Source: Squalus acanthias
Taxonomy: Eukaryota
Length of the DNA stretch: 64,000 bases
Direction: 5' to 3'
Assembly: GCA_030390025.1 (NCBI GenBank)
Contig: CM059430.1
Span: 98,580,001 to 98,644,000 of the forward strand
A program made the position numbers and the translations under genes. The notes beneath the pieces were generated by a model. That model was not told the DNA's origin. It saw only the letters and a list, made by a program, of their open reading frames with translations, and ran no database searches. Positions 25,411-38,947 of the stretch are shown one piece after another; position 1 is the first letter of the stretch; the number at the start of each line of letters is the position of its first letter.

Positions 25411-27262
25411 GGCCTGGATTTTGCGTTGAGAATCGCGGTGAGGCTAACAACGCTCACCATTATTATGGAGTAAATCGGACAGCAACTTCCGGAGTCCGCA
25501 CATGCGCAGTTACACGTGGAAATCCAGAAGTTGCGGTCCGAGTTACCCTGCTCCTCCACATTCTGCACGAGAACAATATCTCACTAATAGACTCAGCAGT
25601 GAAATCCATGTGAGGGCGTGAGGTTGCGATACTTCCCCACTAGTTACCCACTAAACATGCCAGAAAAAATTAGGACTGGTGTATTCAGGTGTAAGTGAAT
25701 TTTTAATGGTGTGATAAGTCATAATTACTGCCAAACAACCTCTCAGGCCCTGAAAATTTTATTTTACAAGTGTGGAGTCTCATTTCTTCTGAGTTTAATT
25801 AATGTTGGAGATTTAAAAAAAATAAAATTAAAATATATTTTTTTTACTTTTTCTGTCTTCCTCTTTTACTTCTCTCTCTTAATCCTGTCTTTCTTTCCCA
25901 ATCTTTATTTTGCTTTCTATACATGATTTAAACCTAATTTATGATTCCTGGTTCATACTTCCTGGCTTAGACTCTGCACGCTGAATCTTAACTCCCAAGA
26001 CAGGTGGGTTGGGCTTGGGTCAGAGGTTAAAATTCAAAAAATCTGAACCAGGAAACGCCTCGAACTTGCCCACTTCCAGTTTTAACGGAGGCGGAACAAG
26101 GGGGTGTGTGATTAATCTACTCACAGGAGGCGGGTTTGTCATTAAATATTATAATGAGGCTGTGTGCCTTCATTTTAACAGTCATTCTATTTTTAACTCA
26201 TGTTGGCCGGGCTTTTCAGGCCTCGTGAAACCAGACAACAACAACAACTTGTATTTATATAGCGCCTTTAACATAGTAAAACGTCCCAAGGCACTGCAAG
26301 ACAGGTGAAAGGAGGCAAGAAGGGCTGAATCCATGAGGTAAGTGTCTTACAGCACTTCTTCTGGGCCAGGAGGAGCAGGAGTGTTTCCTCCAGGCCCAAC
26401 ATGCTAACCAGTAAAACCCACAGCCCCCGCGATCTGTCTGCTCTGACCTGGATCATCATCGAACACCCTCTCCGACCACCATCTGCCCCCTCAACCACCA
26501 TCAGAACCCCCTGACAACCATCGTTTCCCCCCAACTACCATCTGCCCCCCGACCACCATCTGCACCCCCATCATCTTCTCCCCCTATGACCAACATCTTC
26601 TCCCCCCCCCCGACCACCATCTTCTTCCCCCCCGATCACCAGCTTCTCCCCCTGATCACCATCGGACCCATCGACCACCATTGGAACCCCCTGCGATTGG
26701 AACCCTGCCCACAATCGGAACCAAACCCCCTGCACCCCCCGCGATTGGATCCCCCCAGTGATCGGAACACCCCTCCACTGCGATCGGACCCTCCTCCACG
26801 AACTCTCTCACCCCCCCACTACATCTACCTGCTCTCAGCCCAGCTCAGCTGCGGCCTTGTGCTGTAGGCTTCCCCCTTGACACGCCTCTAGCCTGTTAAT
26901 CAGGCTGCGGGCGGGAAACCTGCAGAAAAAAATTTAAAGACATCCTGCAGTTAAAACTGCAGGATATTCGGGAAACCTGTACTTCGGGGTTTCCGACTTC
27001 AAATCAGCTCCCCCACGCACAGAACGGGCCTCCGAGCTAAAGTCCAGGCCTACGTGTCTCAGTGAGGATTCTTCAGTCTGATTGGTTGAAGAGCCTTGAC
27101 CTTCTCCCAGACGCCACAGATCCCCTGTAGAGGGCGCCACACTGGATCAGACACCCGATGACAGCAAGTCTACGCTCAAAAGCCCGCAAAACTCCGTGGG
27201 CAGCTGTCAGCATAGTGAACAGCGAGTGCCATTCATTCGCCACTGACCACAAAATCCGGGCC
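25411..27262. mobile_element. Harbinger-type MITE hosting a nested element
   Basis: TIR GGCCTGGATTTTG / CAAAATCCGGGCC. Confidence 0.75.
25978..27050. mobile_element. Nested MITE with C-rich degenerate repeats and a SINE/L2 tail fragment
   Basis: Right end GAGCTAAAGTCCAGGCC; C-rich repeats 26440-26820; AACAACAACTTGTATTTATATAGCGCC tail at 26238-26300. Confidence 0.6.
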
Positions 27263-29066
27263 TTATGTTCATACACCAAAGTCATTACTATAATGAGTAA
27301 CAGTGTAACATGTTCTTGTAACTTAATTCAAACAGAGCCTACATGTTCCTCTTGTGTGTATTATTTTATTATTATTGATAATTGGGAGAGCTGTCCCGCA
27401 GACTAGTCAAGCAACAGCCTGACAGAGTCATACTAATAGAATCATACCTTTCAGCCAATGTCCCAGACTCCTCCATCACCCTCCCTGGGTATGTCCTGTC
27501 TCACAGACAGTGGTATACAGTCGGGAAGGAGTGACCCTGGGAGCCCTCAACATTGACTCCAGACCCCATGAAATCTCATGGCTTCAGGCCAAGCATGGGC
27601 AAGGAAACCTCCAGCTGATTACCACCGACCGCCCTCCCTCAGCTGATGAATCAGTACTCCTCCATGTTGAACACCACTTGGAAGAAGCACTGAGGCAAGG
27701 GCACAGAATGTACTCTGGGTGGGGGACTTCAATGTCCATCACCAAGAGTGGCTCGGTAGCACCACTACTGACCGAGCTGGCCGAGTCCTGAAGGACATAG
27801 CTGCCAGTCTGGGCCTGCAACAGGTGGTGAGAGAACCAACACAAGGGAAAAACCTACTTGACCTCGTCCTCTCCAATCTACCTGTCGCAGATGCATCTGT
27901 CCATGACAGCATTGGTAGCAGTGACCACCGCCCAGTCATTGTGGAGACGAAGTCCCGTCTTCACACTGAGGACACCCTCCATCGTGTTGTGTGGCACTAC
28001 CACCATGCTAAATGGGATAGATTCAGAACAGATCTAGCAGTTAAAAACTGGGCATCCATGAGGCGCTGTGGGCCATCAGCAGCAGCAGAATTGTATTCCA
28101 CCACAATCTGTAACCTCATGGCCCGGCATATCCCTCACTCTATCATTACCAATAAGCCAGGCGACCAACCCTGGTTCAATAGGAGTGTAGAAGAGGAGCA
28201 CCAGGAGCAGCACCAGGTGTACCTAAAAATCAAGTGCCAACCTGGGGAAGCTGCAACACAGGACTACATGCATGCTAAAAAGCGGAAGCAGCATGCTATA
28301 GACAGAGCTAAGCGAACTCACAATCAATGGATCAGATCAAAGCTCTGCAGTCCTGCCATATCCAGTCGTGAATGGTAGAGGACCATTAAACAACTAACGG
28401 GAGGAGGCGGCTCCATGAATATCCCCATCCTCAATGATGGTGGAGTTCAGCACGTGAGTGCAAAAGACAAAGATGAAGTGTTTGCAAGCATCTTCAGCCA
28501 GAAGTGCCGAATGGATGATCCATATCGGCCTCCTCCTGAGGTCCCCACCACCACAGAAGCCAGTCTTCAGCCAATTCGATTCACTCCACACGATATCAAG
28601 AAACGGCTGAGCGCACTGGATACAGCAAAGGCTATGGGCCCCGACAACATCCCGGCTGTCATGCTGAAGACTTGTGCTGCAGAACTAGCCGCGCCTCTAG
28701 CAAAGCTGTTCCAGTACAGCTATAACACTGGCATCTATCCGACAATGTGGAAAACTGCTCAGGTATGTCCTGTCCACAAAAAGCAGGACGAATCCAATCC
28801 GGCCAATTACCGCTCCATCAGTCCACTCTCAATCATCAGCAAAGTGATGGAAGGTGTCATTGACAGTGCTGTCAAGCAGCACTTACTCACCAATAACCTG
28901 CTCACTGATGCCCAGTTTAGGTTCCGCCAGGACCACTCGGCTCCAGACATCATTATAGCCTTGGTCCAAACATGGACAAAAGAGCAAAATTCCAGAGGTG
29001 AGCTGAGAGTGATTGCCCTTGACATCAAGGCAGCATTTGACCGAGTGTGGCATCAAGGAGCCCTAG

Positions 29067-32000
29067 AGTCATAGAATCTTAGGCCGCGATTTTGCCAGCG
29101 CTCAGAGGGTGGGTTTGGAGGCAGGTCAGAGGTTAAAGTCGTTTTGATTGACAGCGGGTTCCAAACCCGCTGTCATCCCGCCTCCACACAACCTTCCCAA
29201 GTGTCGGGTCCCCGATTTGCAAATGGACCCGACACCTAGCGGCGGGAAACGGATTAAAGGCAATTAACTGCCTATTAATAGGTACTTGTGAGCAGCTTTC
29301 AGGGTCTTTTTGATTTTCCAGCTTCTGGGTCGGGTTTTGTGATGTCCGGACAACACGCCAGGTAAGTGTGGCGTGTTGTGAGTCTGGTCTGATGTTCGTG
29401 AAAAGCTGACAGCTGCAGAAGTGGTGTCAAGGATGCCATGTTGCACATGGTGAGTTTCAGAGCACAGAAAATGTTGGTTACTGCATTTTTAATACATATA
29501 CAGATTTCTTTAGCTTACAAGTTTTTAAATCCAACTGTATGTCCAGTGCTACCTCATTGGGAGAACCTCTCTCACCAGTGACAGATCGCTTCTGTCATCT
29601 CACCTGCAGCTGCCATCTACTCCAGTAACATCAGAGCCAATGAAACAAACAGACCTTGGTCCTCCGAATCCTTCCACAATCACCCCCAACACCAACATCA
29701 CCAACCTCATCACCAACCTTCGCTGCCATCACCTGATGCTGCACTGGACACAGGGCATCAGCCCCTGACAAAATTGCTGGCAGGGAGGCCAGCGATGGCA
29801 TCACCATGGCCAGATTTTCTTCACTTGACGCTGTAAACCCTGGCTGCCACATGATGCGCCAGGTTGACACCATTGCACACCAGCACCGTGAAGCATCCCT
29901 TTAATGTCCAAGCCATTCCATGCACACACATTACTCTAGGGGAGCGGGGGGAGTGATGACTGAACAATCACTGGAACTCAGTAAGACACTTCTCAATGTG
30001 CGCTCAGATCTGTCGAATAAGGGGCACTTTTTGAAGAAGAGATTTCACTGTATGACAACAAATTACCAGAAACTTCACATGGACATTGGCTAAACCTCTC
30101 AAGTGCCCACCCTTGGGTGTTGTTAATTGGTATGCTTGCAGTAGAATGAGGGTGAGTGTGAGGGGTGGCTACTGAGATGGGGAAGTGATAAAGTAGATAG
30201 AGAGGGTTGGGTGGAGGTGCAAGGTAAGTTGGTGTCCTGGGGAGGTCTCTTCCGCCCTTGGAAGGGAAGAGAACCTCCCTGCATACTGAGACTCCCTCCA
30301 TAAGCATATGGAGGGAGCCATTGGAGAGCCTGGGTGCAAGAGCTCACCTTTGTGCATTGATTGTCAGTGTTTTCAGCACCTCAATGCTGTCAAACACTGA
30401 AAAATCAACTGTCAAAATAAAATTGTGCATGGTCCCTTTAAGGAAACCGGCAGATGACGTGTCATCAAATGATGTCATCAGACTGGCTTCCTGTTAATTG
30501 GCCGGGTGGGCCAATCAAGGGAAAATCACATCTGCAGAGCGGAGGCAGCTGGGGGCGGGACTGGAACCCGAAAACCAGCTGACCCGCACCCATCCCGACA
30601 CCGGTTAGAAAATCACGGCTATAGAGTCATAACGGCACAGAAGGAGGCCATTCAGCCCATCGAGTCCGTGCCAGCTCTCTGTTGCGCAATCTAGTCAGTC
30701 CTATTCCCCCGCTCTATCCCCGTAGCCCTGCAAGTTTATTTCCCCTCAAGTACCTATCCAGTTTCCCCTTGAAAACATTGAGTGTGCCCGCTTCCACCAC
30801 TTCCGTCGGCAGCAAATTCCAGGTCTTCACCAGTCACTGCGTAAAAAAGTTTTTCCTCACGTCCCCCCTGTATCTCTTGCCCAAAACCTTAAATCTGTGT
30901 CCCCCAGTCCTTGTACCATCAACTAGTGGGAACAGCCTTTCCCCGTCTAGCCTATCCAAACCCATCATAATCTTGTACACCTCTATCAAATCACCCCTCA
31001 ACCTCCTTTGCTCTAATGAAAACAAATCCAGCTTCTCCAACCTGTCCTTGTAGCTAAGATCCCCCATCCCTGGAACCATTCTGGTAAATCTCCTCTGCAC
31101 CCTCTCAAGGGCCTTCACATCCTTCCTAAAGTGTGGTGACCAGAACTGGACGCAAAGGTTCAGCATAACTTCTCTACTTTTGTACTCAATACCTCTATTT
31201 ATGAAACCCAAGATCCCATATGCTTTGTTAACCACTCTCTCAATATGTCATGCCACCTTCAGGGACCTATGCACATTAACTCCCAGGTCCCTCTGTCCCT
31301 GCACACTCTTTAAAACTGTGCCATTAAGTGTATATTGCCTCTCCTTGCTCCATCTGCCAAAATGCATCACCTCCCACTTATCTGTATTAAATTCCATCTG
31401 CCACTTGTCTGCCCATTCTGCTAGCCTTTCTATGTCCTGTTGCAGTCGATTGGTATTATCATCACTGTTTGCCACACCCCCAAGTTTGGTGTCATCGGCA
31501 AATTTAGAAATTCTACTTTGTATTCCAATATCCAGGTCATTTATATGTATCAAAAAAAGCAGTGGCCCCAGCACTTACCCTTGGGGAACACCACTGTCTA
31601 CCATCCTCCAGTCTGAAAAACAGCCATTTACCACAACTCGCTGTTTTCTGTCCTTAAGCTAATTCCTTATCCAAGCTGCTATTGACCCACCACCTATTCC
31701 ATGAGCCTCAATTCTGTTAACCAGCCTTCTATGTGGTACTTTGGCAAACGCCTTCCAAAAATCCATGTAGACAACATCCATTGCATTCCCTTCATCAATC
31801 CTCTCTGTTACTTCATCAAAAAATTCAATTAAATTAGTCAAACACGATCTGTCTTTTACAAATCCGCATTGGCTCTCCTTAATTAGCTTAAACCTCTCCA
31901 AATGCCCGTTAATTTTTTTCTTGATTATTGTTTCTGGAACTTTACCCACCACTGATGTTAAACTGACCGGCCTGTAGTTACTAGGATTGTCCTTACACCT

Positions 32001-33489
32001 TTCTTGAACAATGGTGTCACATTTGCCAATTTCCAATCCTCAGGCACCTCCCCCGCATCTAGGGAAGATTGGAAAATTATGGCAAGCCCTTCCGCTATTT
32101 CCTCACCCAATTCCCTTAGCAACCTGGGATGCAAGCCATCTGGACTTGGCGACTTGTCCATTCTAAGCATACTCAGCCTTTCTAGTACATCCTGTCTATC
32201 AATTTTCACCCCTTCCATTGCTTCTACCTTTTCCACTTCTACCGATATTTTGTCAGCATCCACCTCCTTAGTAAACACCAATACAAAGTACTCATTGAGT
32301 ATTCTAGCCTTGCCCTGTGCCTCTAAGCATATATTACCTTCTTTGTCTCTAATAGGCCCCACCCCGCCTCTTACTACCCGCTTACTGTTTACATGCCGGT
32401 AAAAGATTTTTGGGTTCCCTTTTATGTTAACCGCCATTCTATTCTCATATTCTCTCTTTGCCAATCTTATTTTCATCTTCACATCCCCTCTCAACTTACT
32501 GTATTTGGTCTGGTTCTCCCTTGAAGAATTCACCTGACATGCATCATATACCCTCTTTTTTTGTTTCATCATCTTCTCTATCTCTCTCGTCATCCAAGGA
32601 GCCCTTGCTTTGGTACCCTTACTCTTCCCTCTTGTTGGAATGTACCTAGCCTGTACTTGGAACATCTCCTCCTTAAAGATCACCCATTGTTCTGTTACAG
32701 TTTTTCCTGTCAGTCTTTGGTTCCATTTTACCCTGGCTAGATCCTTTCGCATCCCTTTGAAGTTAGTCTTATTCCTGTGTAGAAGTTCCACTCTAGATTG
32801 CTTCTTGCTCCTCTCCATTGCTAATCTAAATCTTATGATACGATGATCACTCATACCCAAGTGTTCTCCCACAGACACTTGGTTGACTTGGCCCACCTCA
32901 TTCTCCAGCACCAGATCCAGCAATGCCTCCTTCCTAGTTGGGCTAAGAACATATTGGTCAAGGAAATTCTCCTGAACACATTTCAGAAATTCCTCCCCCT
33001 CCTTTCCCTTTACCCTAGCATTATCCCAATCAAGGGCGCTACTCAATTTTTAGCCCTCACTCTTTTATGCACCTTATTCCTCTTTCCTACACCTATATGC
33101 TGGTGCCCATCTAGTTTAAACCCTCCCCAACAGCACTAACAAACCTGTCCGCGAGAATATTGGTCCCAGCTCTGTTGAGGTGTAACCCATCCGGCTTGTA
33201 CAGGTCCCACCTTCCCTAGAAACGGTCCCAATGCCTCAGGAATCTAAAGCCCTCCCTCCTGCACCATCTCTCCAGCCATTCATTCATCTGTTCTATCCTC
33301 CTATTCCTGTACTCACTAGCACGTGGCACTGGGAGTAATCCGAGATTACTACCTTTGAGGTCCTGCTTTTTAATCTGTCTCCTAGCTCCCTCAGCTCTGC
33401 CTGCAGGACCTCATCCCTCTTTCTGCCTATATCATTGGTACCGATATGGACAACGACCTCTGGCTGTTCACCCTCCCCCCTCAGAGTGT
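29067..33489 (-). mobile_element. CR1 LINE with ORF1 esterase fragment and ORF2 EN/RT
   Basis: VVVHIGTNDIG (SGNH esterase-type ORF1); LDLVL, SDH, NYRPVSLTS, FADDTKL; ATAGA(A/G)TC tail; TSD-like CCCTAG/CCCTTG. Confidence 0.92.
29082..30620. mobile_element. Harbinger deletion derivative inserted in the CR1 tail
   Basis: TIR GGCCGCGATTTT / AAAATCACGGCT; TSD TTA/ATA; minus-strand Myb/SANT remnant (EGV..REVLFP) at about 30230-30350. Confidence 0.8.
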
Positions 33490-35149
33490 CCCTTGTAAAA
33501 CTGAAGTCAATGGGAATTGGGGTAAAACTCTCCACTGGCTGGAGTCATACCTAGCACAATGGAAGATGGTTGTGGTGGTTGGAGGTCAATCATCACAGCC
33601 TCAGGACATCGCTGCAGGAGTTCCACAGAGCAGTGTCCCAGGCCCAAACATCTTCAGCTGCTTCATCAATGACCTTCCTTCCATCATAAGGTCAGAAGTG
33701 GGGATGTTCACTGATGACTGCACAGAGTTCAGCGCCATTCGCAACTTCTCAGATAATGAAGCAGTCCATGCCTGCATGCAGCAAGACCTGGATGACATTC
33801 AGGCTTGGGCTGATAAGTGGCAGGTAACATTCGCGCCACACAAGTGCCAGGCAATGACTATCTCCAAAAAGCGAGCATCTGAACACTGCCCCTTGACATG
33901 CAATGGCATTACTATCGCTGAATCCCCCACCATCAATATCCTGGGGGTTACCATTGACCAGCCACATAAATACTGTGGCAACAAGAGCAGGTCAGAGGCT
34001 AGGTATTCTGCAGCGAGTGTCTCACCTCCTGACTCCCCAAAGCCTTTCCATCATCTACAAGGCACAAGTCAGGAGTGTGATGGAATACTCTCCACTTGCC
34101 TGGATGAGTGCAGCTCCAACAACACTCAAGAAGCTCGACCCCATCCAAGACAAAGCAGCCCGCTTGATTGGCACCCCATCCACCACCTTAAACGTTCACT
34201 CCCTCCACCGCCGGCATACCGTGGCTGCAGTGTGTACCATCTACAAGATGCACTGCAGCAACTCGCCAAGGCTTCTTCGGCAGCACCTCCCAAACCCGCA
34301 ACCTCTACCACCTAGAAGGACAAGGGCAGCAGGCGCATTGGAACACCACCACCTCCAAGTTCCCCTCCAAGTCACAAACCATCCTGACTTGGAAATATAT
34401 CGCCGTTCCTTCATCGTCGCTGGGTCAAATTCCAGGAACTCCCTCCCTAACAGCACTGTGGGAGTACCTTCACCACACAGACTGCAGCGGTTCAAGAAGG
34501 TGGCTCACCACCACCTTCTCAAGGGCAGTTAGGGATGGGCAATAAATGCTGGCTTTGCCAGCGACACCCACATCCCATGAACGAATGAAAAAAAAATAAT
34601 AATGTCTTTATTGAAACTTTCTTCTTCCATCTACTGTTCTGTTGACTCAATGTACCTAGGATTATGAAACAGATTTGTCAAAGGTTGCATAACAAAATCA
34701 ATATTCAGCATTTCACCACTCACCAAATCATGTTACAAAATGCTGAGGGCGCTAAAGGTTATAATATGTGGATAGAAATGTTGGTTTAGTTGGCTAGATT
34801 AAAAGCAGAACCAAAACAATATTGAGCAAAAAACTCAATGATACATCAATTCTTCATTTCTCTCCAAATCGTGGAGAGGTTTTTTTTGTTATGGTGTAAT
34901 TTGGTTCACTGGTTAAGAACTGGTGCAAATATTACCAGAATGGTAATGTGCTCAGAGCAGCTGTTTCCAGTACATTTGCATAATGATTCACAGCTCCCAA
35001 GTAAAGATTTGGACATGCTTAGGACTGAAAAATAAGATGTTACAGAAATTTAAAGTGATGCAGGCAATTAAAGGAAAGTGGCAGAATAAGTGAGCAAAAT
35101 CTAGGGGAATCATTAAAGAGACTTGTATATTTCAAATATAGGACACACT

Positions 35150-35274
35150 TGGGCGGATTTTCAACTTGCAGCTGCGGTGTAAAACGGAAACCAATGGAAA
35201 GCACAGTTCCCATAATGGGCATCCGATCTGCAAGGCCATTTATACACCCAGGCGGTGAGTTGAAAATCTACCCC
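35150..35274. mobile_element. Short palindromic MITE
   Basis: GGGCGGATTTTCAACT / AGTTGAAAATCTACCC. Confidence 0.75.
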
Positions 35275-37003
35275 AATAAATCATCAATGATAAATAAGCT
35301 TGTTTTTCTTCTTTTATTCCATTAGTAACAGTTCCCATTATATAAACTTACTAATGCTTGATACCTAATTAGAAATAAATGTAATGAAGGAATCCAAGCA
35401 AAGATCGGAGCAAATTTATTCAGTTTCTTTGCATGAGTGAAATAAATGCCTACTGTTCCCTTCTGAATCTGCAGCTGTGGTGACATCTTTTGTGTAACCT
35501 CCTGGTAACAGCACCATTGGTGGATGATGGCTTGACTGACTATGGATTGTTTATAATGGAATAGAGGAGGGATCAGCAGCACAGCTTGATGTGGTATTAG
35601 GATGACAAATGCCTTGGTTTTCTGCAATCCGGTGGGGCACCAGAAAAATGTGGTTCAAGGACAGGCTGCTAGCCTGAACTGTAATGCCATGGCTCTGATT
35701 ACCTAGCTCTAACCACATGGCGACTTGGATAGTAAACCTCATGGGATAGTCACGGCATCGTGGAGCAATGCCGCAATGTTGCTCATTTCCTGGATTAATA
35801 CGTTTTGCACTTCAGCCAACCATTAGTTCTGCACATTCACTGAGATGGATGTACCCAGCTGTAAGATGTGGATGCACATGGACGTCTCTGACGTAGATGT
35901 TTCTATCCAGCCTATCCTCTTTTTCACCATAGAATCCATGATGACCGTTGTACACATACCTCTGATGTTCCACTGCCTTCGGATCCCTACACCCATCACT
36001 CTGTCTGTTTGAGTGTCTGGGCTAGGATACATGTCTTCTCTCATTGGTCTCTCCAACTGATCTTTAACTAGCGGAGGTTATAACGCATCCATGTTCTGTG
36101 AAGGTTCAGGTGCCTTCTTCCTGGTGCCGAGGCCTGGTATACTGGTAGTGGGACCTTAGTGCTGGTTGGTTGCCAATCAGAAAAATGGCTCTGCAACAAC
36201 CTCCCTCGTGAAGTAGAGTGGTGAAGACAAGTCTCCTCTGACCTGTAGGAGTGCTGAGGTCTGTAAATGCAGGACCTGGGGTGATGAAAGTAGTGGGAAA
36301 AATTCCTCTGGAATCAATGCAATTGTATTTGATGTCCTCTTATGAACTCATTCTCCTCATCCAAATCATGAGGTGCTATAAAAACCCAAAGAAATTCCCA
36401 TCGTCAGGGCTTTGATTGCTGCAAGTTCAGTTGCAGCTGCAAGCAACAATATTGTGGGAAAGTTTGGGCCAAAATTACTTATTGTGCAAAAACGGCGTCC
36501 TTCACAGAAACAGAAATGAATGCAGGGAACAAAATGCAACTAAATTTCAATGCTTATTGGAGTTTTGTAGCAGCTTTGTAAAATCGATCTCAGCTTTAAG
36601 AATCAGGCTTCTGCAGACCAAGTCAGTGGAGTGGTCATGCACCCATTTTATATTGAGGTGAGTGCCAGGGCAGAGTTTCATGAGAAGATTTCAGCATGAC
36701 CAAGTTTCCACTCACCTGGGCATGCTACAAATTGGCACACAGGCCTGCACATCCAATTGTGTGACCAGTGCTCACCCTTAGTGAAGCTCTGTGCCGCCAG
36801 CAGAACCTCACAAAAAACAAGCATTATTGTAGACTACAGTTCTGATCTAGCTAGTTGTGTGGGAAAGCATAAGGTAAGACAAAAACTCTTACTGGAGTCA
36901 TTGCCACTTTGGACTCTGTCTCCCCTCCAGACTTTTGAGTCCAGTGCAGCTTCTTCTGGTGATGTTAAGACATGCATTCCTGTAGCCCACCAACCATGGT
37001 CTT

Positions 37004-38548
37004 ATATCTTTGTTGATTAAAAGCTAGATTTTGCTTTGTTTTCTTCTTGATGTGATGGGATGTTTTCCTGACATTGAATTGGCCAAACTGGTGATATCTC
37101 AGGCAAACACTTTTGTATCGACACTGTCAACCGTGAGGGATTATGGAGTGCTCTCCTCAAATTCGGCTGCCCTCAAAAGTTTGTCACCATCCCCTGCCTG
37201 CTTCACGACGACATGCAAGCCGTGATCCTGACCAACGGTTCCACCACAGACCCAATTCACGTACGGACCGGAGTCAAGCAAGGCTGTGTCATCGCACCAA
37301 AGCTCTTCTCGATCTTCCTTGCTGCAATGCTCTATCTCACCCTCAGTAAGCTCCCCGCTGGAGTGGAGCTAATTTGCAGAACAAACGGGAAGCTGTTCAA
37401 CCTCCGCCGCCTCCAGTCCAGATCCAAGGTCGTCCCATCCTCTGTTGTCGAATTACAGTATGCAGACGATGCTTGCATCTGCACACACTCGGAGGTCGAA
37501 CTCCAAACCATCGTTAACACCTTCACCGAAGCGTACGAGAGCATGGGCCTTACACTAAACAACCTGCCCCCGCCACACAGTACTGCCCCCCGATTATCAA
37601 AATCCACAACAAGGCCTTGGACAACATGGACCACTTTCCATACCTCGGGAGCCTACTGTCAACAAGGGCAGATGTCGATGACGAAGTCCAACACCGCCTT
37701 CAGTGTGCCAGTGCAGCTTTCGTTCACCTGAGGAAGAAAGTGTTTGAAGACCAGGACCTCAAACCCGGCACCAAGCTCATGGTCTACAGAGCAGTAGTGA
37801 TACCCGCTCTCCTGTATGCCTCAGAGACATGGACCATGTACAGCAGGTACCTCAAAGCACTGGAGAGGTACCACCAATGCTGCCTCCGCAAGATCCTGCA
37901 AATCCATTGGCAGGATAGGCGCACCAACATCAGTGTTCTCGCTCAGGCCAACATCCCCAGCATCGAAGCTTTGACCACGCTACATCAGCTCCGATAGATG
38001 GGTCACATCATCCGCATGCCCGATATGAGACTCCCAAAACAAGCGCTCTACTCGGAGCTCCGACACGGCAAGAGAGCGCAGGTGGGCAGAGGAAACGCTT
38101 CAAGGACACCCTCAAAGCCTCCTTGAAAAAGTGCAACATCCCCACCGACACCTGGGAATCCCTGGCCCAAGACCGCACAAAGTGGAGGAGAAGCATCCAG
38201 GAAGGCGCCGAACACCTCGAGTCTCTTTGCCGGGAGCAAGCGGAAGCCAAGCGCAAGCAGCGCAAGGAGCGCACGTCAACCCAAGCACCCCACCCACCCG
38301 CCCCTTCAACCACCATCTGCCCCACTGTGACAGAGACTGTAGGTCCCGCATTGGACTCATCAGTCACCTGAGAACTCATTTTTAATGTGGAAGCAAGTCA
38401 TCCTCGGTTCCGAGGGACTGCCTAAAAAGAAGGATATCTTTGTTGATTAAAAGCTAGATTTTGCTTGGTTTTCTTCTTGATGTGATGGGATGTTTTCCTG
38501 ACATTGAATTGGCCAAACTGGTGATATCTCAGGCAAACGCTTTTGTAT
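37004..38548 (+). repeat. 115-bp direct repeats flanking the RTE
   Basis: 37004-37118 vs 38434-38548, 2 mismatches by eye. Confidence 0.92.
37119..38433 (+). mobile_element. RTE-clade LINE (BovB/AviRTE-like), 5'-truncated
   Basis: TGVKQGCVIAP, ELQYADD, FPYLGS, LLYASETW, C-terminal zinc finger CDRDCRSRIGLISHLRTH; AAGAAG tail. Confidence 0.92.
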
Positions 38549-38640
38549 GTGGTGTGAGGAATGTGTGTCAGAGCTGAAAACTGCTGTCCCCCTGGCCAGT
38601 AGCTCTTGCACCAATGGCATTGATAAAATGTGCACTTCTG
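38434..38640 (-). pseudogene. Highly decayed Myb/SANT-like remnant (RTE target)
   Basis: LVQELLARG..VF, then QC-RK..HIKKKTKQNLAFN across frames. Confidence 0.4.
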
Positions 38641-38947
38641 TTTGTTTTTTCCATCCTGGCTCTGAAGCTCCTGTGCAGCAAATTTCATCAGCAAAATGTA
38701 TATCCCTTAGAGATATCATCAGGGTCATATCCTGCTGTTAAGATGCTAAACTTTGATAATCACTGTTCGGCTGCAATTGACTCAAAAAGATGACTAAACA
38801 TGATGAATAGAGGGCAATATAGGGATGCTGAGAAAAACTTCAGCATTCTTAAAATAACAGTACGCAGGTCTGCTAGAGGACAAATATATGACGCACAAAA
38901 ACATGCCCCCAATGTTACATGCTTTCTGTTTCCCATCAGTGCTCACA

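Larger units (their letters stand above)
27380..34595 (+). mobile_element. CR1-clade LINE family 2 (APE endonuclease plus RT), split at 29066/33490 by a CR1 insertion
   Basis: GDFNVHH, LDLVLSN, SDH, KAMGPDNIP, NYRSIS, LDIKAAFDRVWH | GVPQSSV, FTDD; 3' UTR and A tail; several stops and frameshifts. Confidence 0.92.
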
